Shown: positions 38,682 to 48,604 of the stretch, piece after piece | How the letters are laid out: each line of letters begins with the position of its first letter | How positions within the stretch are numbered: the stretch's first letter is position 1 | NCBI GenBank assembly: GCA_963705305.1 | Contig: OY970067.1 | Coordinates: 4,544,001-4,608,000, forward strand | From: an uncultured Methylomirabilota bacterium | Lineage (GTDB): Bacteria; Methylomirabilota; Methylomirabilia; Methylomirabilales; 2-02-FULL-66-22 | Length of the DNA: 64,000 bases | Reading direction: 5' to 3' | Translations under genes and position numbers: made by a program | Notes under the pieces: model-generated | Databases searched by the model: none | Told to the model about the DNA's origin: nothing | The model's input: only the letters and a program-made list of their open reading frames with translations

Positions 38682-41600
38682 TCAGATGAAGGAGATCTTC
38701 TTCTTTCTCTCGGCCGGTCGCGGCCCCTCTGTTTTCGGGGGCCGGGGGGTGGCGGCTGGAGGCGGGGGCACGGAGGCCGGCGGGGTCGGCCGCCTGCGGG
38801 GCACCCGCGCTTGCAGGGCCTGCACCCGCACCTGGACATCTTTGAATCGGGGATCCTCCCGCTGTACGGTCTCAAATTGCGCCAACGCGCGTTCCATGTC
38901 TCCTTGGGATTCATAGGCGAGACCAAGATCATACCGCAGGCTGTGGTACGCCCCCCGCGGCTGTCCCTCGATCTTCAAGCCGGCGATCAGCTCCTGGACC
39001 GCCTGGCCGGCCTGCCCCTTGGCGAGGAAGCATATCCCGAGGAGATCCGCGCATTCCAGGGCCCGCTTGGCATCTCGCGCCGCCAGACGGAACTCCTGAA
39101 TCGCTTCGTCAAACAGCTCCATTTCCTTGTAGGCAATGCCCAGGTTGTAATGGGTCTCGAAGTCCTTTTCGTCCAGCTGCTCGCGGACTCCCTTCTGAAA
39201 TTCCCGGAGGAGTCCGTCCACCAGGGGGCCCCCGGTGCGCGGAGCCGCCTCATGCTCCTCCGCCGCCAGCTCCTCCTCCAGCTGCGCCCCGAGGTTGACA
39301 AACCCGCCTCCCTCCCCTCGCGAGTCGGCCACCGTAAACTTGGGGACCACTTTTTCCATGGACGCGTCGGAGTCCACGGAGCGGGGCTGCGGACCCGCAG
39401 GCGCTCCCCGCCCGGCCAACGGGCCGGTCACGCCCGGGCGCCCGGCGAATGTCTTGGCGTCAGGCGAGGGGGGCGGCGCGCTCTCGGCGGCCGGGGGGGT
39501 CCGCGGCCCCTCAGCGGGCGGCGCAGATGTCCCCGGAGCCAGCTTACCGGCCAGCTTGACGACGGCGGAATGCCGCGAGTCCCTCGCTTGCATGCGCCGA
39601 TAGACTTCGCGTGCCTCGTCTGCCATTCCTTGCGACAGGTAAAATTCGGCCTCCGACAGATCATCGGCCATCGCCTGCTCGAGGCCCACTCCCTCGCCTT
39701 CCACCATGAGAATCGGGCTCTCCTCCGGCTCTTCCAGGAGCGACCGCAGCTCGATGGGAAGCCCCTCCTCATCAGGAGCCACAACGGCCTCGCCCTGCGG
39801 ACCACCCTCCAGGAGCGAAGGCTCCGGCGCGGAAGGGGCCGCCCCAGGCGACCCAGCATCCGCCCCCTGGGCCGGCTCGAGCGCCCACTCCAGAGGCACC
39901 CCTTCGAGTGTCCCGCTGTCCTCCGGAGTCTTCGCCGAGGGCGGAGCCGCAGCCTCCTTGAGCGCCCGCAGTTCGATCGTCGCGCTCCGCGATGTCGGCA
40001 GTGTCGCCGTCGATGCCGAGCCTGCCCCGCTCTCCAAGTCGACGAGGAGTTCCCGCAGCTCCCGGTAATTCGGAGCCAGCTCCAATCCTTCTCGCACCTC
40101 GCGAAGGGCCGCCTCTCGGCGATTCCGCCGACCCAAGATGCGGGCGATGGCCAGAATCTCGGCACAAGCCTCGGCATCCTGGTGGCGGTCGCGGTAGATG
40201 GCTTTCAACCGGCGCCGAGCCCCCAGGTTTTCAGGAGCCGACCGCTTCACTTCCAGCAGCCGCTCTCGAGCCTTTTCCTCGAGCCCGTACTTCAGGTACA
40301 CCTCGGCTTCGGCCAGCTTTTCGGCGATGTGACCGGGCGGCTCTTCCTCGTCCGCCAGCTCGGGGGAGCCCAGGAGGGGATTTTCCGCCTCCGCCTCGAC
40401 TGGAGGGCCGGCGAACTCCGCCGGCAGCGGCAAGGCTCCACCTGCCGGTTCGTCCATCGGGAACTGCATACCGGCCAACTGGTGCGGGTCGGTCAAACCG
40501 GACCGCTCGCCGCGGCGGTCGCCTTCCGGAAATGTCAGCAGATCCAGGCCGCCCTCCGCCTCCACCGTGGGCGCCTCTTCATCCGTCAGCCAGCCCAGAT
40601 CTTGTGCGGCATCCTTCGGGGATTCCAAGAGCGACGCCGGCTCTTCCCCCTCCGGAGACAGGAGAATCGCCTGCGGCTCGCCTATTCCATCGTCTTCCTC
40701 CGCATCCAGCTGGAAGAACGGCTCTTCTCCTGGGGGCGGCGCCGGCTTGGTCTTCAGTTGCACGGGCTCTTCGTCCAGTTGGAATACCGGGGCTTGCTCG
40801 GCCTCCTCCGCCAGGGGTTCCAGCGGAATGATCTCGGCCTCTTCCTTCGGCCCCTGCAGCGATTCCAGCCGTGCGCGAACCTCGGCATCCTCTGGAAAGC
40901 GCTCTGCAATCTGGCGGTAGACCTGAAGCGCCTCTTCGGCCTCCCCCGCCTCCTCCTGGGCCTTGGCCTGGTCCCAAAGGGCGGCGTGCGCCTCCTCCTC
41001 GCGCCCCAGACTCAACAGCACTGTCGCCAGGTCCGCGTGGAGGCTCGCCTGCTGGGGTGCCGCCGCGGCCAGATCCCGCAGAAAGGCCACGGCGGCATCG
41101 GGGTCGTTCTGAGCGAGCTGCTCGGCGGTCGTTCGACGCGACAGGGCCAGCGCCTCGTCGCCCCGACCGATGCGGAAAAGACTCACGGCCAGCGGGCCGG
41201 CGATTTCGGATTCGGGCACGCCCAACGAGACGGCCCGCTGCAAAGCCGACGCTGCTTTGTCCGATGCCCCCTGCAGCCCGTAGGCCTCACCCAGCATGCG
41301 CCAGGCGCTGGCGTTATCGGTGTCTGCCCCGGTGACCTGTTGCAGCGCCTCGATCGCCTCGGCGGCCTTCCCTTCGCGCAGCAGCATCTCGCCCAGCCCC
41401 AAATTCGACTCGGGCGATGGAGGCTGAAGTTCCCGGGCCTTCTGGAGAAGCCGCCGGCTCTCGGCCTCTTGACCGGCCGTCTGGGCTGCCTGGGCCGCCC
41501 GCTCGTACTCGGCAGCGGCCGCATCCCGCATGCCCTCTTTCAGCATGAGGTCGCCCAGCTTCTTGACCAGCACGTAGTTGCCGGGATCCAACTGCGCCAG

Positions 41601-42014
41601 ATGCTGGTAGGTCTCGACCACTTTCGCCGTGTCGCCAGCCTTGGCATAATGCTCGGCCACGGTGGCCAGTTGAACCTTGGCTTCACCCACCAGGCCTTGC
41701 TCGAGATAGAGGTCGGCACAGGCCGTGTAGGCCGCGGTGCGATTAGGGTCAAGCTTGGCGATCTTCTTGTAGACTGCAATGGCCTTCACCGAGAGGCCAT
41801 CGGCCCGATAGAGCTCACCCAGCTTCAGGTATTGGTCGATCGCCTCGGCGGTCTTCCCCGCCCGGGCGTACAGGTCGCCCAGGTTGTTGCAGACAGTCAG
41901 GTCCCGCGGATCGGCCTTAAGGATGGCCTGATACTCGGTGATCGCCTTATCCCACTTTCCCTGCTGGGTGTACGTGAGGGCGTTTTGCAGGGCTTTTCGC
42001 TTGTCGAACGCCAT
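38682..42014 (-). CDS. Large TPR protein, SgmX-like
   Basis: N-terminal TPR array, acidic/Pro-rich linkers, LAEAEVYLKYGL, EAEFYLSQG, C-terminal TPRs DFETHYNLGIAYKEMEL, ends KKKISFI; directly upstream of the ExeA ATPase. Confidence 0.8.
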   Translation of the reverse strand: MAFDKRKALQNALTYTQQGKWDKAITEYQAILKADPRDLTVCNNLGDLYARAGKTAEAIDQYLKLGELYRADGLSVKAIAVYKKIAKLDPNRTAAYTACADLYLEQGLVGEAKVQLATVAEHYAKAGDTAKVVETYQHLAQLDPGNYVLVKKLGDLMLKEGMRDAAAAEYERAAQAAQTAGQEAESRRLLQKARELQPPSPESNLGLGEMLLREGKAAEAIEALQQVTGADTDNASAWRMLGEAYGLQGASDKAASALQRAVSLGVPESEIAGPLAVSLFRIGRGDEALALSRRTTAEQLAQNDPDAAVAFLRDLAAAAPQQASLHADLATVLLSLGREEEAHAALWDQAKAQEEAGEAEEALQVYRQIAERFPEDAEVRARLESLQGPKEEAEIIPLEPLAEEAEQAPVFQLDEEPVQLKTKPAPPPGEEPFFQLDAEEDDGIGEPQAILLSPEGEEPASLLESPKDAAQDLGWLTDEEAPTVEAEGGLDLLTFPEGDRRGERSGLTDPHQLAGMQFPMDEPAGGALPLPAEFAGPPVEAEAENPLLGSPELADEEEPPGHIAEKLAEAEVYLKYGLEEKARERLLEVKRSAPENLGARRRLKAIYRDRHQDAEACAEILAIARILGRRNRREAALREVREGLELAPNYRELRELLVDLESGAGSASTATLPTSRSATIELRALKEAAAPPSAKTPEDSGTLEGVPLEWALEPAQGADAGSPGAAPSAPEPSLLEGGPQGEAVVAPDEEGLPIELRSLLEEPEESPILMVEGEGVGLEQAMADDLSEAEFYLSQGMADEAREVYRRMQARDSRHSAVVKLAGKLAPGTSAPPAEGPRTPPAAESAPPPSPDAKTFAGRPGVTGPLAGRGAPAGPQPRSVDSDASMEKVVPKFTVADSRGEGGGFVNLGAQLEEELAAEEHEAAPRTGGPLVDGLLREFQKGVREQLDEKDFETHYNLGIAYKEMELFDEAIQEFRLAARDAKRALECADLLGICFLAKGQAGQAVQELIAGLKIEGQPRGAYHSLRYDLGLAYESQGDMERALAQFETVQREDPRFKDVQVRVQALQARVPRRRPTPPASVPPPPAATPRPPKTEGPRPAERKKKISFI

Positions 42015-42053
42015 TTGTAGGAGACCTCGTTTAGCGAGGAAAAATGACAGCTT

Positions 42054-42082
42054 AAGCTATCAGACGCTCCCGAGGGTGTCAA
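42054..42082 (-). promoter_or_regulatory. sigma70-type promoter of the TPR-ExeA-pgsA operon
   Basis: TTGACA-N17-TAGCTT with an extended TG. Confidence 0.6.
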
Positions 42083-42171
42083 GGGCGTTGCCAGCCCTCA
42101 TATTCGCCTGCACGCTGCCTCGCACCTGCTCTTCCGCCGCCCGGAGCCTTCCGACCGGTCGGGAGCCCTGC

Positions 42172-42978
42172 CTACCGAGCAAACGTCCAGGCCGGATCTT
42201 CGTATCGGCAGCGGGCCAGCCGATCGGCTTCCGCCAGCTCTGCCGGCGTCAGGACACCCGGCATAGGATCGCTGCCGATCGTCTCCCCCCACCCGGCCGT
42301 CAGGGCCTGCTCGATCTTAGTCAGCGGAGGGGGCTCGCCCAAGAGGCTGGCAAGGCTGGTGACGGGGGGCGGCTCCGACCGCGGCCAGCCGGGAAACACC
42401 GTCTCCAGGAGCTCGCGGTCGACATCCAGCAGTAAGGAGCCGTGCTGCAGAACCGATCCTTCCCAGCGACGCTGAGCCGATCCGACCAGCTTACGCCGGT
42501 TCGCCAGAATCGCGGGCATACGCGGCTGCAGGAAGCAGGCCGCGCTATGGGACCCTTCCCCCCTCACCGGCTCCGCATCTCCCAAGGTTGCGTCGACCCC
42601 GAGGTGACGGAGTCCCGCCAGGAGTGCGCGGCAGATGCGCGTGAAGGTCTCGGGGATGGAAAGGCCCTTCCAGGATCCCGCCAGGGGGAGAGCCACGCTG
42701 TACGTCAGCTCATGGGCATGCAACACGGCCCGCCCCCCCGTGATGCGCCGCACCACAGGCACGTTCAGCCGCCGGCAGGCCCCGACATCCACCCCCGCCT
42801 GCGTTCGCTGGAGATAGCCGAGAGAAACCGTGGGAGCGGCCCACCGATAGAGGCGAAACGTCGGGGGCGCCTGCCCCTCCGCCACCTCGCGGACAATCGC
42901 CTCGTCCACGGCCATGTTCCACGCGCCCCCTGCGGGGCCGTGGCGAAGGAGCCGCCAGGGACTGTCGACATCACGCAT
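42172..42978 (-). CDS. Lipoate-protein ligase family (LipM-like octanoyltransferase)
   Basis: NMAVDEA, VRRITGGRAVLH, AACF, KLVGSAQ, QHGSLL. Confidence 0.92.
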   Translation of the reverse strand: MRDVDSPWRLLRHGPAGGAWNMAVDEAIVREVAEGQAPPTFRLYRWAAPTVSLGYLQRTQAGVDVGACRRLNVPVVRRITGGRAVLHAHELTYSVALPLAGSWKGLSIPETFTRICRALLAGLRHLGVDATLGDAEPVRGEGSHSAACFLQPRMPAILANRRKLVGSAQRRWEGSVLQHGSLLLDVDRELLETVFPGWPRSEPPPVTSLASLLGEPPPLTKIEQALTAGWGETIGSDPMPGVLTPAELAEADRLARCRYEDPAWTFAR

Positions 42979-43114
42979 GGCACGGCCCGGGGGGCGGGAG
43001 GCTTCCGGTCGGCCCGCGATCCTCGCCCGCGGCGGCCGTTGTCGGCGCTCGCGTGCCAGACGTGTCGGAATGCGCTAACGGATTTTCCGGCGTCAACCTC
43101 GACCGGCCCGCCAT

Positions 43115-43397
43115 TTATTCAGGCTCTCCAAAGCGGGAGGCGACGAGAATCGGCAATGACCTGGATAGCCTCGGCGGCATCCGCACCCACTGCGCGCAAT
43201 TTCAATACTGTGCCCTGGGCGGCCGCCAGCATTAGCAGACCCATGATGCTCTTCCCGTTCACCCGTTGCGATCCCAGCTCCACCGTGATCTCGGCGCGAT
43301 ACCCGCTCGCTCTCTTTACGAACTGAGCCGCCGCCCGGGCGTGCAGCCCCAGCCGGTTCCGGATGAGGACCTCTCGGGTCACCGCTGGCCCTCTCAT
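43115..43397 (-). CDS. ptsH: Phosphocarrier HPr (apparent +1 frameshift at ~43148, near the 3' end)
   Basis: NRLGLHARAAA, NGKSIMGLLMLAA. Removing one base restores the ending IADLVASRFGEPE*. Confidence 0.93.
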
Positions 43398-43632
43398 GGC
43401 ATCCCGCCTCCGCTTCCGACAGCTTGAGGTTCGCACGGGTGCGGCGAGCCGGCTCCCCGGGTCCCTTTCCCGGCCAGCTCGGGCGACAGCCCCTTCGGCG
43501 AGAACGTCCCGGGGGCGCGGCTCGGCCGGACTGGGACCCCCGCGGCCGGCACCGCGGCCAGGTCGAGCGTCAGGCGTGGGGAGATCGCCCATGCCTGCGG
43601 CCGATCGCAAACATGGTCGGGAATGCTCCGGG

Positions 43633-44058
43633 TTAGCGCCCGGGGGCCGTCGGCTTGCCCTGCTTGGCAAGAAATTCGCTGGCCACCAGAATATTGCGCT
43701 GGCCATACTTGGCAAGCTTGTCGGCCAGCGTCCGGATATCCCGCTCGTCCCGAAGCGAGGGGAGCTTCATGAGCATCGGGAGGTTCACACCCGTCACCAC
43801 TTCTATGCGACCGGCTTCGAGGTAGGACAGAACAAGATTGGACGGCGTTCCTCCGAACAGGTCAGTGAGGATGAGCACCCCGCTGCCATCGTCCACTTGT
43901 TGGAGGACGGTTTCAATCTTCTTCCGAACCTTCTCGATCTGCTCGGAAGCTTGGATGGAGACCGCCTCCACTCGGGGGAGCTTCCCCACAATCTCCTGCG
44001 CAGTGCGCAAAAGCTCCGTCCCCAGGTCGGCGTGGGTGACAATCACGATGCCGATCAT
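43633..44058 (-). CDS. PTS mannose/fructose-family EIIA component
   Basis: MIGIVIVTH, LTDLFGGTPSN, TGVNLPML. Confidence 0.95.
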   Translation of the reverse strand: MIGIVIVTHADLGTELLRTAQEIVGKLPRVEAVSIQASEQIEKVRKKIETVLQQVDDGSGVLILTDLFGGTPSNLVLSYLEAGRIEVVTGVNLPMLMKLPSLRDERDIRTLADKLAKYGQRNILVASEFLAKQGKPTAPGR

Positions 44059-44062
44059 GGCC

Positions 44063-44929
44063 CTAGTCCCGCTCTATGTCGCGGTGGCGCACCGACACCA
44101 CGTGACCCGTCGCGCGCAGTCGGCAGGTCAACTCCTCGACCAGCACCACCGAGCGATGCCGGCCGCCGGTGCAGCCGATCGCGATGGTCAAGTAGGCTTT
44201 TCCCTCCTGCACGTAGAGAGGCAGTGCAAAGGTCAGGAAATCTTGAATTCTCTCCAGGAATGCCCGTGCCTGGGGAAAACCCAGCACGTACTCCTTCACC
44301 GGGACAGCGGTGCCCGTCAGCGGCCGCAGGCTGTCCACGAAGTGCGGGTTGGGCAGGCAGCGGGCGTCGAACACGAGATCCGCATCCACCGGCAGGCCGT
44401 GCCGATAGCCAAAGGACACCAGGGTGAAGACCGTCTCGGTCGGCGCCGGCAGGTCCAGAAACGAGGTGGCCAGGAGCTTGCGGAACTCATGTACGGTAAA
44501 GCCGGATGTATCGATAACCAGATTCGCCTCGGCCTTAAGTCTGGACAGGAGCGCCCGTTCCGCCCGGATCCCGTCCAACGCCGATCCGCCGGGGGCCAGC
44601 GGGTGCGGTCGCCGGCTCTCACTGAAGCGACGCACGAGGACCTCGTCCCCGGCATCCAGAAAGACCATGCGGACCCGGTGGCCGTCCCTGCGGAGCCCCG
44701 CCAGGATATCGTTCAGGGCATCGAGAAAGCGCCCTTCCCGGGCGTCGACGACCAGCGCAACGCGCTCGATCCGCTTCTCGGATTGGGCGCACAATTCCCC
44801 AACCTTTGGAATCAGGGCAGGCGGCAGATTGTCGATGCAGAAAAATCCGAGATCCTCAAGCGCCCGGCTGGCGGCGGTCTTGCCCGCCCCGGACATTCCT
44901 GTGATGACGATGAAATCAATCCCCGTCAT
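44063..44929 (-). CDS. rapZ: RNase adapter RapZ
   Basis: ITGMSGAGKT, CIDNLP, SFGYRHG, LPNPHF, GCTGGRHRSV. Confidence 0.97.
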   Translation of the reverse strand: MTGIDFIVITGMSGAGKTAASRALEDLGFFCIDNLPPALIPKVGELCAQSEKRIERVALVVDAREGRFLDALNDILAGLRRDGHRVRMVFLDAGDEVLVRRFSESRRPHPLAPGGSALDGIRAERALLSRLKAEANLVIDTSGFTVHEFRKLLATSFLDLPAPTETVFTLVSFGYRHGLPVDADLVFDARCLPNPHFVDSLRPLTGTAVPVKEYVLGFPQARAFLERIQDFLTFALPLYVQEGKAYLTIAIGCTGGRHRSVVLVEELTCRLRATGHVVSVRHRDIERD

Positions 44930-44989
44930 CGCCGCACCGCCTCCACACCGCACACGCTCCCCGCGTGCCGCATGGGGATGGCCACGCTC

Positions 44990-45583
44990 CTACTCCGTAT
45001 CCTCGCGGCTGAAGCCGGCAAGGTCGCTGCCCGGAAATCCGCCGTCCGGCTGGGTCAGTTGGGCGGTCAGATTGCGCGCCGCATGGACTCCCATGAGCTT
45101 GAGGAGATGGTTGCGGGCCGCCACTTCCACCAGGATGGCAATGTTCCGACCCGCCGACACCGGAATTCTCAGCATCGGGATCTCGACCCCGAGGATGGCG
45201 TAGACCTGCTGCTCCAAACCCAGTCGGTCGTACTCCGCTTCGGGACGCCAGGGCTCGAGGAGCACGACGAGCTCGATCCGCTTGCGGAAGCGGATCGCCG
45301 CCACCCCGAACAGGTCGCGGATGTTGATGATCCCCAGTCCCCGGATCTCCATGTGGTGGCGGATGCGGGCGGGGCCCCACCCGATCAGGAGGGACTGACC
45401 GTCGCGCGCCACCTCGACCACATCGTCGGCGACCAGCCGGTGCCCCCGGGTGACGAGATCCAGCGCGCACTCGCTCTTGCCCGTCCCGCTCTCGCCCAAC
45501 AGCAAAACCCCGATGCCGTAGACATCCACCAGGTCGCCGTGGAGCGTCGTCGCCGGCTGAGAGGTCTCGTCCACCATCCTCAC
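44990..45583 (-). CDS. hprK: HPr kinase/phosphorylase, catalytic domain only
   Basis: LHGDLVDVYG, GESGTGKSECALDL, LVADD, MEIRGLGII, GRNIA. Confidence 0.93.
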   Translation of the reverse strand: MRMVDETSQPATTLHGDLVDVYGIGVLLLGESGTGKSECALDLVTRGHRLVADDVVEVARDGQSLLIGWGPARIRHHMEIRGLGIINIRDLFGVAAIRFRKRIELVVLLEPWRPEAEYDRLGLEQQVYAILGVEIPMLRIPVSAGRNIAILVEVAARNHLLKLMGVHAARNLTAQLTQPDGGFPGSDLAGFSREDTE

Positions 45584-46107
45584 GCCCCGGGTTCAATCAG
45601 GCCGTAGTTTCCGTCGCGGCGGCGATAGAGCACATTCACCTCGTCCGTGCGCGCGTTCCGGAAGACGTAGAAGCTGTGGCCCAGGAGGTTCATCTGGAGG
45701 ATGGCCTCCTCCACCTCGGCGGGCTTGACCGCAAATCGCTTCGTTTTGACTACTGCCGGCTCATCCTCGGCCGCCTCGTTCGTGCCGGGCAGGTCCGCCT
45801 GCCGGATGCCTCCCCGCCCCTCGTGGGCAACGATCCGCTCCTTGTAGCGCAGGATCTGCCGCTCCAGCTTTTCCACGACGAGGTCGATCGACGAGTAGAG
45901 GTCCTGGGTACTCTCCTCCGCCCGGATGGTGAGATCCCGGACGCGCAGGGTGACCTCGGCGATCTGCCGGTGCTTCGCGACGGAGAGAACCACGTGGGCT
46001 GCGACGATGTTCCCCAGGTACTTGGTCAGCCGGCCCAGCTTTTCTTCTGCATACGTGCGGAGGGCGTCCGTGATCTCCAGATTGCGCCCACTCAGGGATA
46101 GCTGCAT
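45580..46107 (-). CDS. hpf: Ribosome hibernation promoting factor (long HPF)
   Basis: GRNLEITDAL, DLYSSID, EEAILQMNLLGH, YRRRDGNYGLIEP. Confidence 0.96.
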   Translation of the reverse strand: MQLSLSGRNLEITDALRTYAEEKLGRLTKYLGNIVAAHVVLSVAKHRQIAEVTLRVRDLTIRAEESTQDLYSSIDLVVEKLERQILRYKERIVAHEGRGGIRQADLPGTNEAAEDEPAVVKTKRFAVKPAEVEEAILQMNLLGHSFYVFRNARTDEVNVLYRRRDGNYGLIEPGA

Positions 46108-46216
46108 GGCTGCGCTCCTTCCGCTGATTGTGGGTCTGCGGGGTGCCGCTGCCTCTCGAACTCCCGACAGCTAGCCGGCGGACAGAGGACCCTCGGCCTG
46201 CCGGTGCGAACCAACG

Positions 46217-46393
46217 AACAGGGTACTGAAAAACCCGCTTTCCCCAGGCTGCCCAAAAAGGTCCAGATGCAAGGCGGCGCGCCGGGTACCCATCCGTGAG
46301 GATGGGTGCAGACGCGAGCCGTACTTACGGGTACGTCGCAGCGTCGCGAGAGCGTGCCAACGCGGCAGATGGGCCTTTTTCAGCAGCCTGCTA
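46217..46393 (-). mobile_element. MITE-like element, copy 2 (opposite orientation)
   Basis: Minus strand reads TAGCAGGCTGCTGAAAAAGGCCCATCTGC...GCTGCGACGTAC...GGGTACCCGGCGCG..CCTTGCATCTGGACCTTTTTGGGCAGCCT, colinear with copy 1. Confidence 0.75.
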
Positions 46394-47827
46394 ATACCGT
46401 TTCCGCCGGCTCGAAGAGGGGATCTTCAGCTGGCTTCGATACTTGGCCACGGTCCGCCGGGCGATCTCCACTCCGTGCTGTCGTCGCAAGATCTCGACGA
46501 TCTTCTGGTCGGAGAGCGGGCGTCCGCTGTCCTCGACCGTCAGGAGCTTGTGGATCAAATCCTTGACCTTCAGCGACGAAACGGCGTCTCCCCCGGTGCT
46601 GGGGACGCCGCGATGGAAGAAATATTTCAACTCGAACAGGCCTTGCGGGGTGTGGATGTACTTGTTGGTGGTGACGCGGCTGACGGTGGACTCGTGCATG
46701 CCGATGTCCTCCGCCACCTCTTTCAGGGTCAGCGGCCGCAGGGCGGTAATACCCTTCTCCAGAAACTCCCGCTGGAATTTCACCAGGCTGGTGGCGACCT
46801 TGTACATCGTTCGCTGCCGCTGCTCGATGCTCCGGATCAGCCAGAGAGCCGACCGCATACGCCCCTCGACATACTCCCGCACCTCCTGCGCATTTCCGGT
46901 CTTGTCGGCGAGGATGGAGCGATAGTAAGGGCTGATGCGCAGGCGGGGCAGTCCTTCATCGTTCAGCAGCACCATGAACTCATCGTCAACCTTGACGATA
47001 TAGACATCGGGGGTGATGTAACGGGGATCCTCCGTCCCGAAGGTCCGTCCAGGCTTCGGTTCGAGGCTGGCGATGTACTCGACGGCCTCCTGGACCTCCT
47101 TCACCGGAACGCCGAGTTTAGTCGCCAGCTTGTCCCAATGCCGCCCCTCCAGCTCCGGCAGATGGGCGGAGATCAGCTCTTTGGCCAGCGGCTGAGGATC
47201 GGACCGCCCTTCCAACTGCAGCAGCAGGCATTCCCGCAGGTCGCGCGCTCCGACGCCGGTCGGCTCGAAGGATTGCACCAGGCGGAGCGCCGCTTCCAGC
47301 GCTGGCAGGAGGGCGCCTGCCCCGGTGGCGAGGGTCTCCAGCGACTCCTTGAGGTATCCCGACTCGTCCAGATTTCCGATGATGACGGTCCCCAGCCGAA
47401 GGAGGTCGGGGTCGGAGGTGCTCAGGTGCAGCTGAAAGAGCAGGTGATCGATGAGCGACCGCGGCTTGGTCAGGTGCATCTCTGCGTCGAGGTGCTCGAT
47501 CTCTTCGCGCGGGATCTGGGGGCGGTAATCCGAGGCGTCCTGGAGGTAGCTGTCCCAGTCGAAGTCGTCGATGCGATCCCGCCCGGCGTCTTCGGCCTGT
47601 TCCGCGTCGGATCGCTCTCGCTCCGACGTCTCCTGGTCGAGGCTCAGCTGCGGCTCCTCCACCTCCTCCAGAGTTTCCTCCAGGACCGGATTCAGCTCCA
47701 GCTGCTGGCGGAGCTCCTGCAAGAGCTCGAGTCGCGACAACTGCAGCAGGCTGATCGCCTGCTGCAGCATCGGCGTCATGATCATCCGCTGCGTCTGGAG
47801 CAGCCGGAGCTTCGCGTCAAAGGCCAT
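46391..47827 (-). CDS. rpoN: RNA polymerase sigma-54 factor
   Basis: TPMLQQAISLLQL, GVGARDLRECL, HESTVSR, RpoN box ARRTVAKYR. Confidence 0.99.
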   Translation of the reverse strand: MAFDAKLRLLQTQRMIMTPMLQQAISLLQLSRLELLQELRQQLELNPVLEETLEEVEEPQLSLDQETSERERSDAEQAEDAGRDRIDDFDWDSYLQDASDYRPQIPREEIEHLDAEMHLTKPRSLIDHLLFQLHLSTSDPDLLRLGTVIIGNLDESGYLKESLETLATGAGALLPALEAALRLVQSFEPTGVGARDLRECLLLQLEGRSDPQPLAKELISAHLPELEGRHWDKLATKLGVPVKEVQEAVEYIASLEPKPGRTFGTEDPRYITPDVYIVKVDDEFMVLLNDEGLPRLRISPYYRSILADKTGNAQEVREYVEGRMRSALWLIRSIEQRQRTMYKVATSLVKFQREFLEKGITALRPLTLKEVAEDIGMHESTVSRVTTNKYIHTPQGLFELKYFFHRGVPSTGGDAVSSLKVKDLIHKLLTVEDSGRPLSDQKIVEILRRQHGVEIARRTVAKYRSQLKIPSSSRRKRY

Positions 47828-47847
47828 GAACTCGCGCCGTCCTCAGC

Positions 47848-48594
47848 CTACAGGGAGAACCGCTGTCCGAGGTAGATCTCGCGGGCGCGCTCGTCGGCCG
47901 CTAGCTCGGCCGCCGTCCCGGAGAGCAGGACCTGCCCCTCATGGATGATATAGGCCCGGTCCACGATCTGCAAGGTCTCCCGGACATTGTGGTCGGTGAT
48001 GAGCACCCCGATGCCTCGATCCTTGAGCTGCTCGATGATCCCCTGGATATCATACACTGCGATCGGGTCGATCCCGGCGAAGGGCTCGTCCAGGAGGATG
48101 AACGAGGGGTCGGTGGCCAGAGCCCGTGTGATCTCCACGCGCCTCCGCTCCCCCCCCGAGAGCGTGTAGGCGCGGCTGGCCGCCAGGTGGGCGATGTTGA
48201 GGTCTCGCAGCAGGGCGTGCGCCCGGTCCGCCCGTTCCTCGGCCGAGATGCCTCTCGCCTCAAGAATAGCCAGGATGTTCTCCTCCACGCTCAGTTTGCG
48301 AAAGATGGAGGGCTCTTGTGGGAGGAATCCGATGCCGCGGCGAGCCCGCTGGTGCACGGGCAGATTGGTAATCTCCTCCCCGTTCAGCAGTACCCGGCCG
48401 GAGTCGGGACGGGTCAGGCCCAGGACCATGTAGAATGCGGTGGTCTTGCCTGCGCCGTTCGGCCCCAGCAGGCCCACGATCTCGCCAGCATCCAGCGCCA
48501 GGCTGAGATCCGAGACGACCACCCGCTTCTTGTACGCTTTGACCAGCTTCTCGGCCCGCAGGCTTCGTCCCTGCCCGTTCTCGGTCACGGCCAT
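47848..48594 (-). CDS. lptB: LPS export ABC transporter ATPase
   Basis: [39 protein letters not shown]. Confidence 0.98.
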   Translation of the reverse strand: MAVTENGQGRSLRAEKLVKAYKKRVVVSDLSLALDAGEIVGLLGPNGAGKTTAFYMVLGLTRPDSGRVLLNGEEITNLPVHQRARRGIGFLPQEPSIFRKLSVEENILAILEARGISAEERADRAHALLRDLNIAHLAASRAYTLSGGERRRVEITRALATDPSFILLDEPFAGIDPIAVYDIQGIIEQLKDRGIGVLITDHNVRETLQIVDRAYIIHEGQVLLSGTAAELAADERAREIYLGQRFSL

Positions 48595-48604
48595 CCGGAC
48601 ACCC

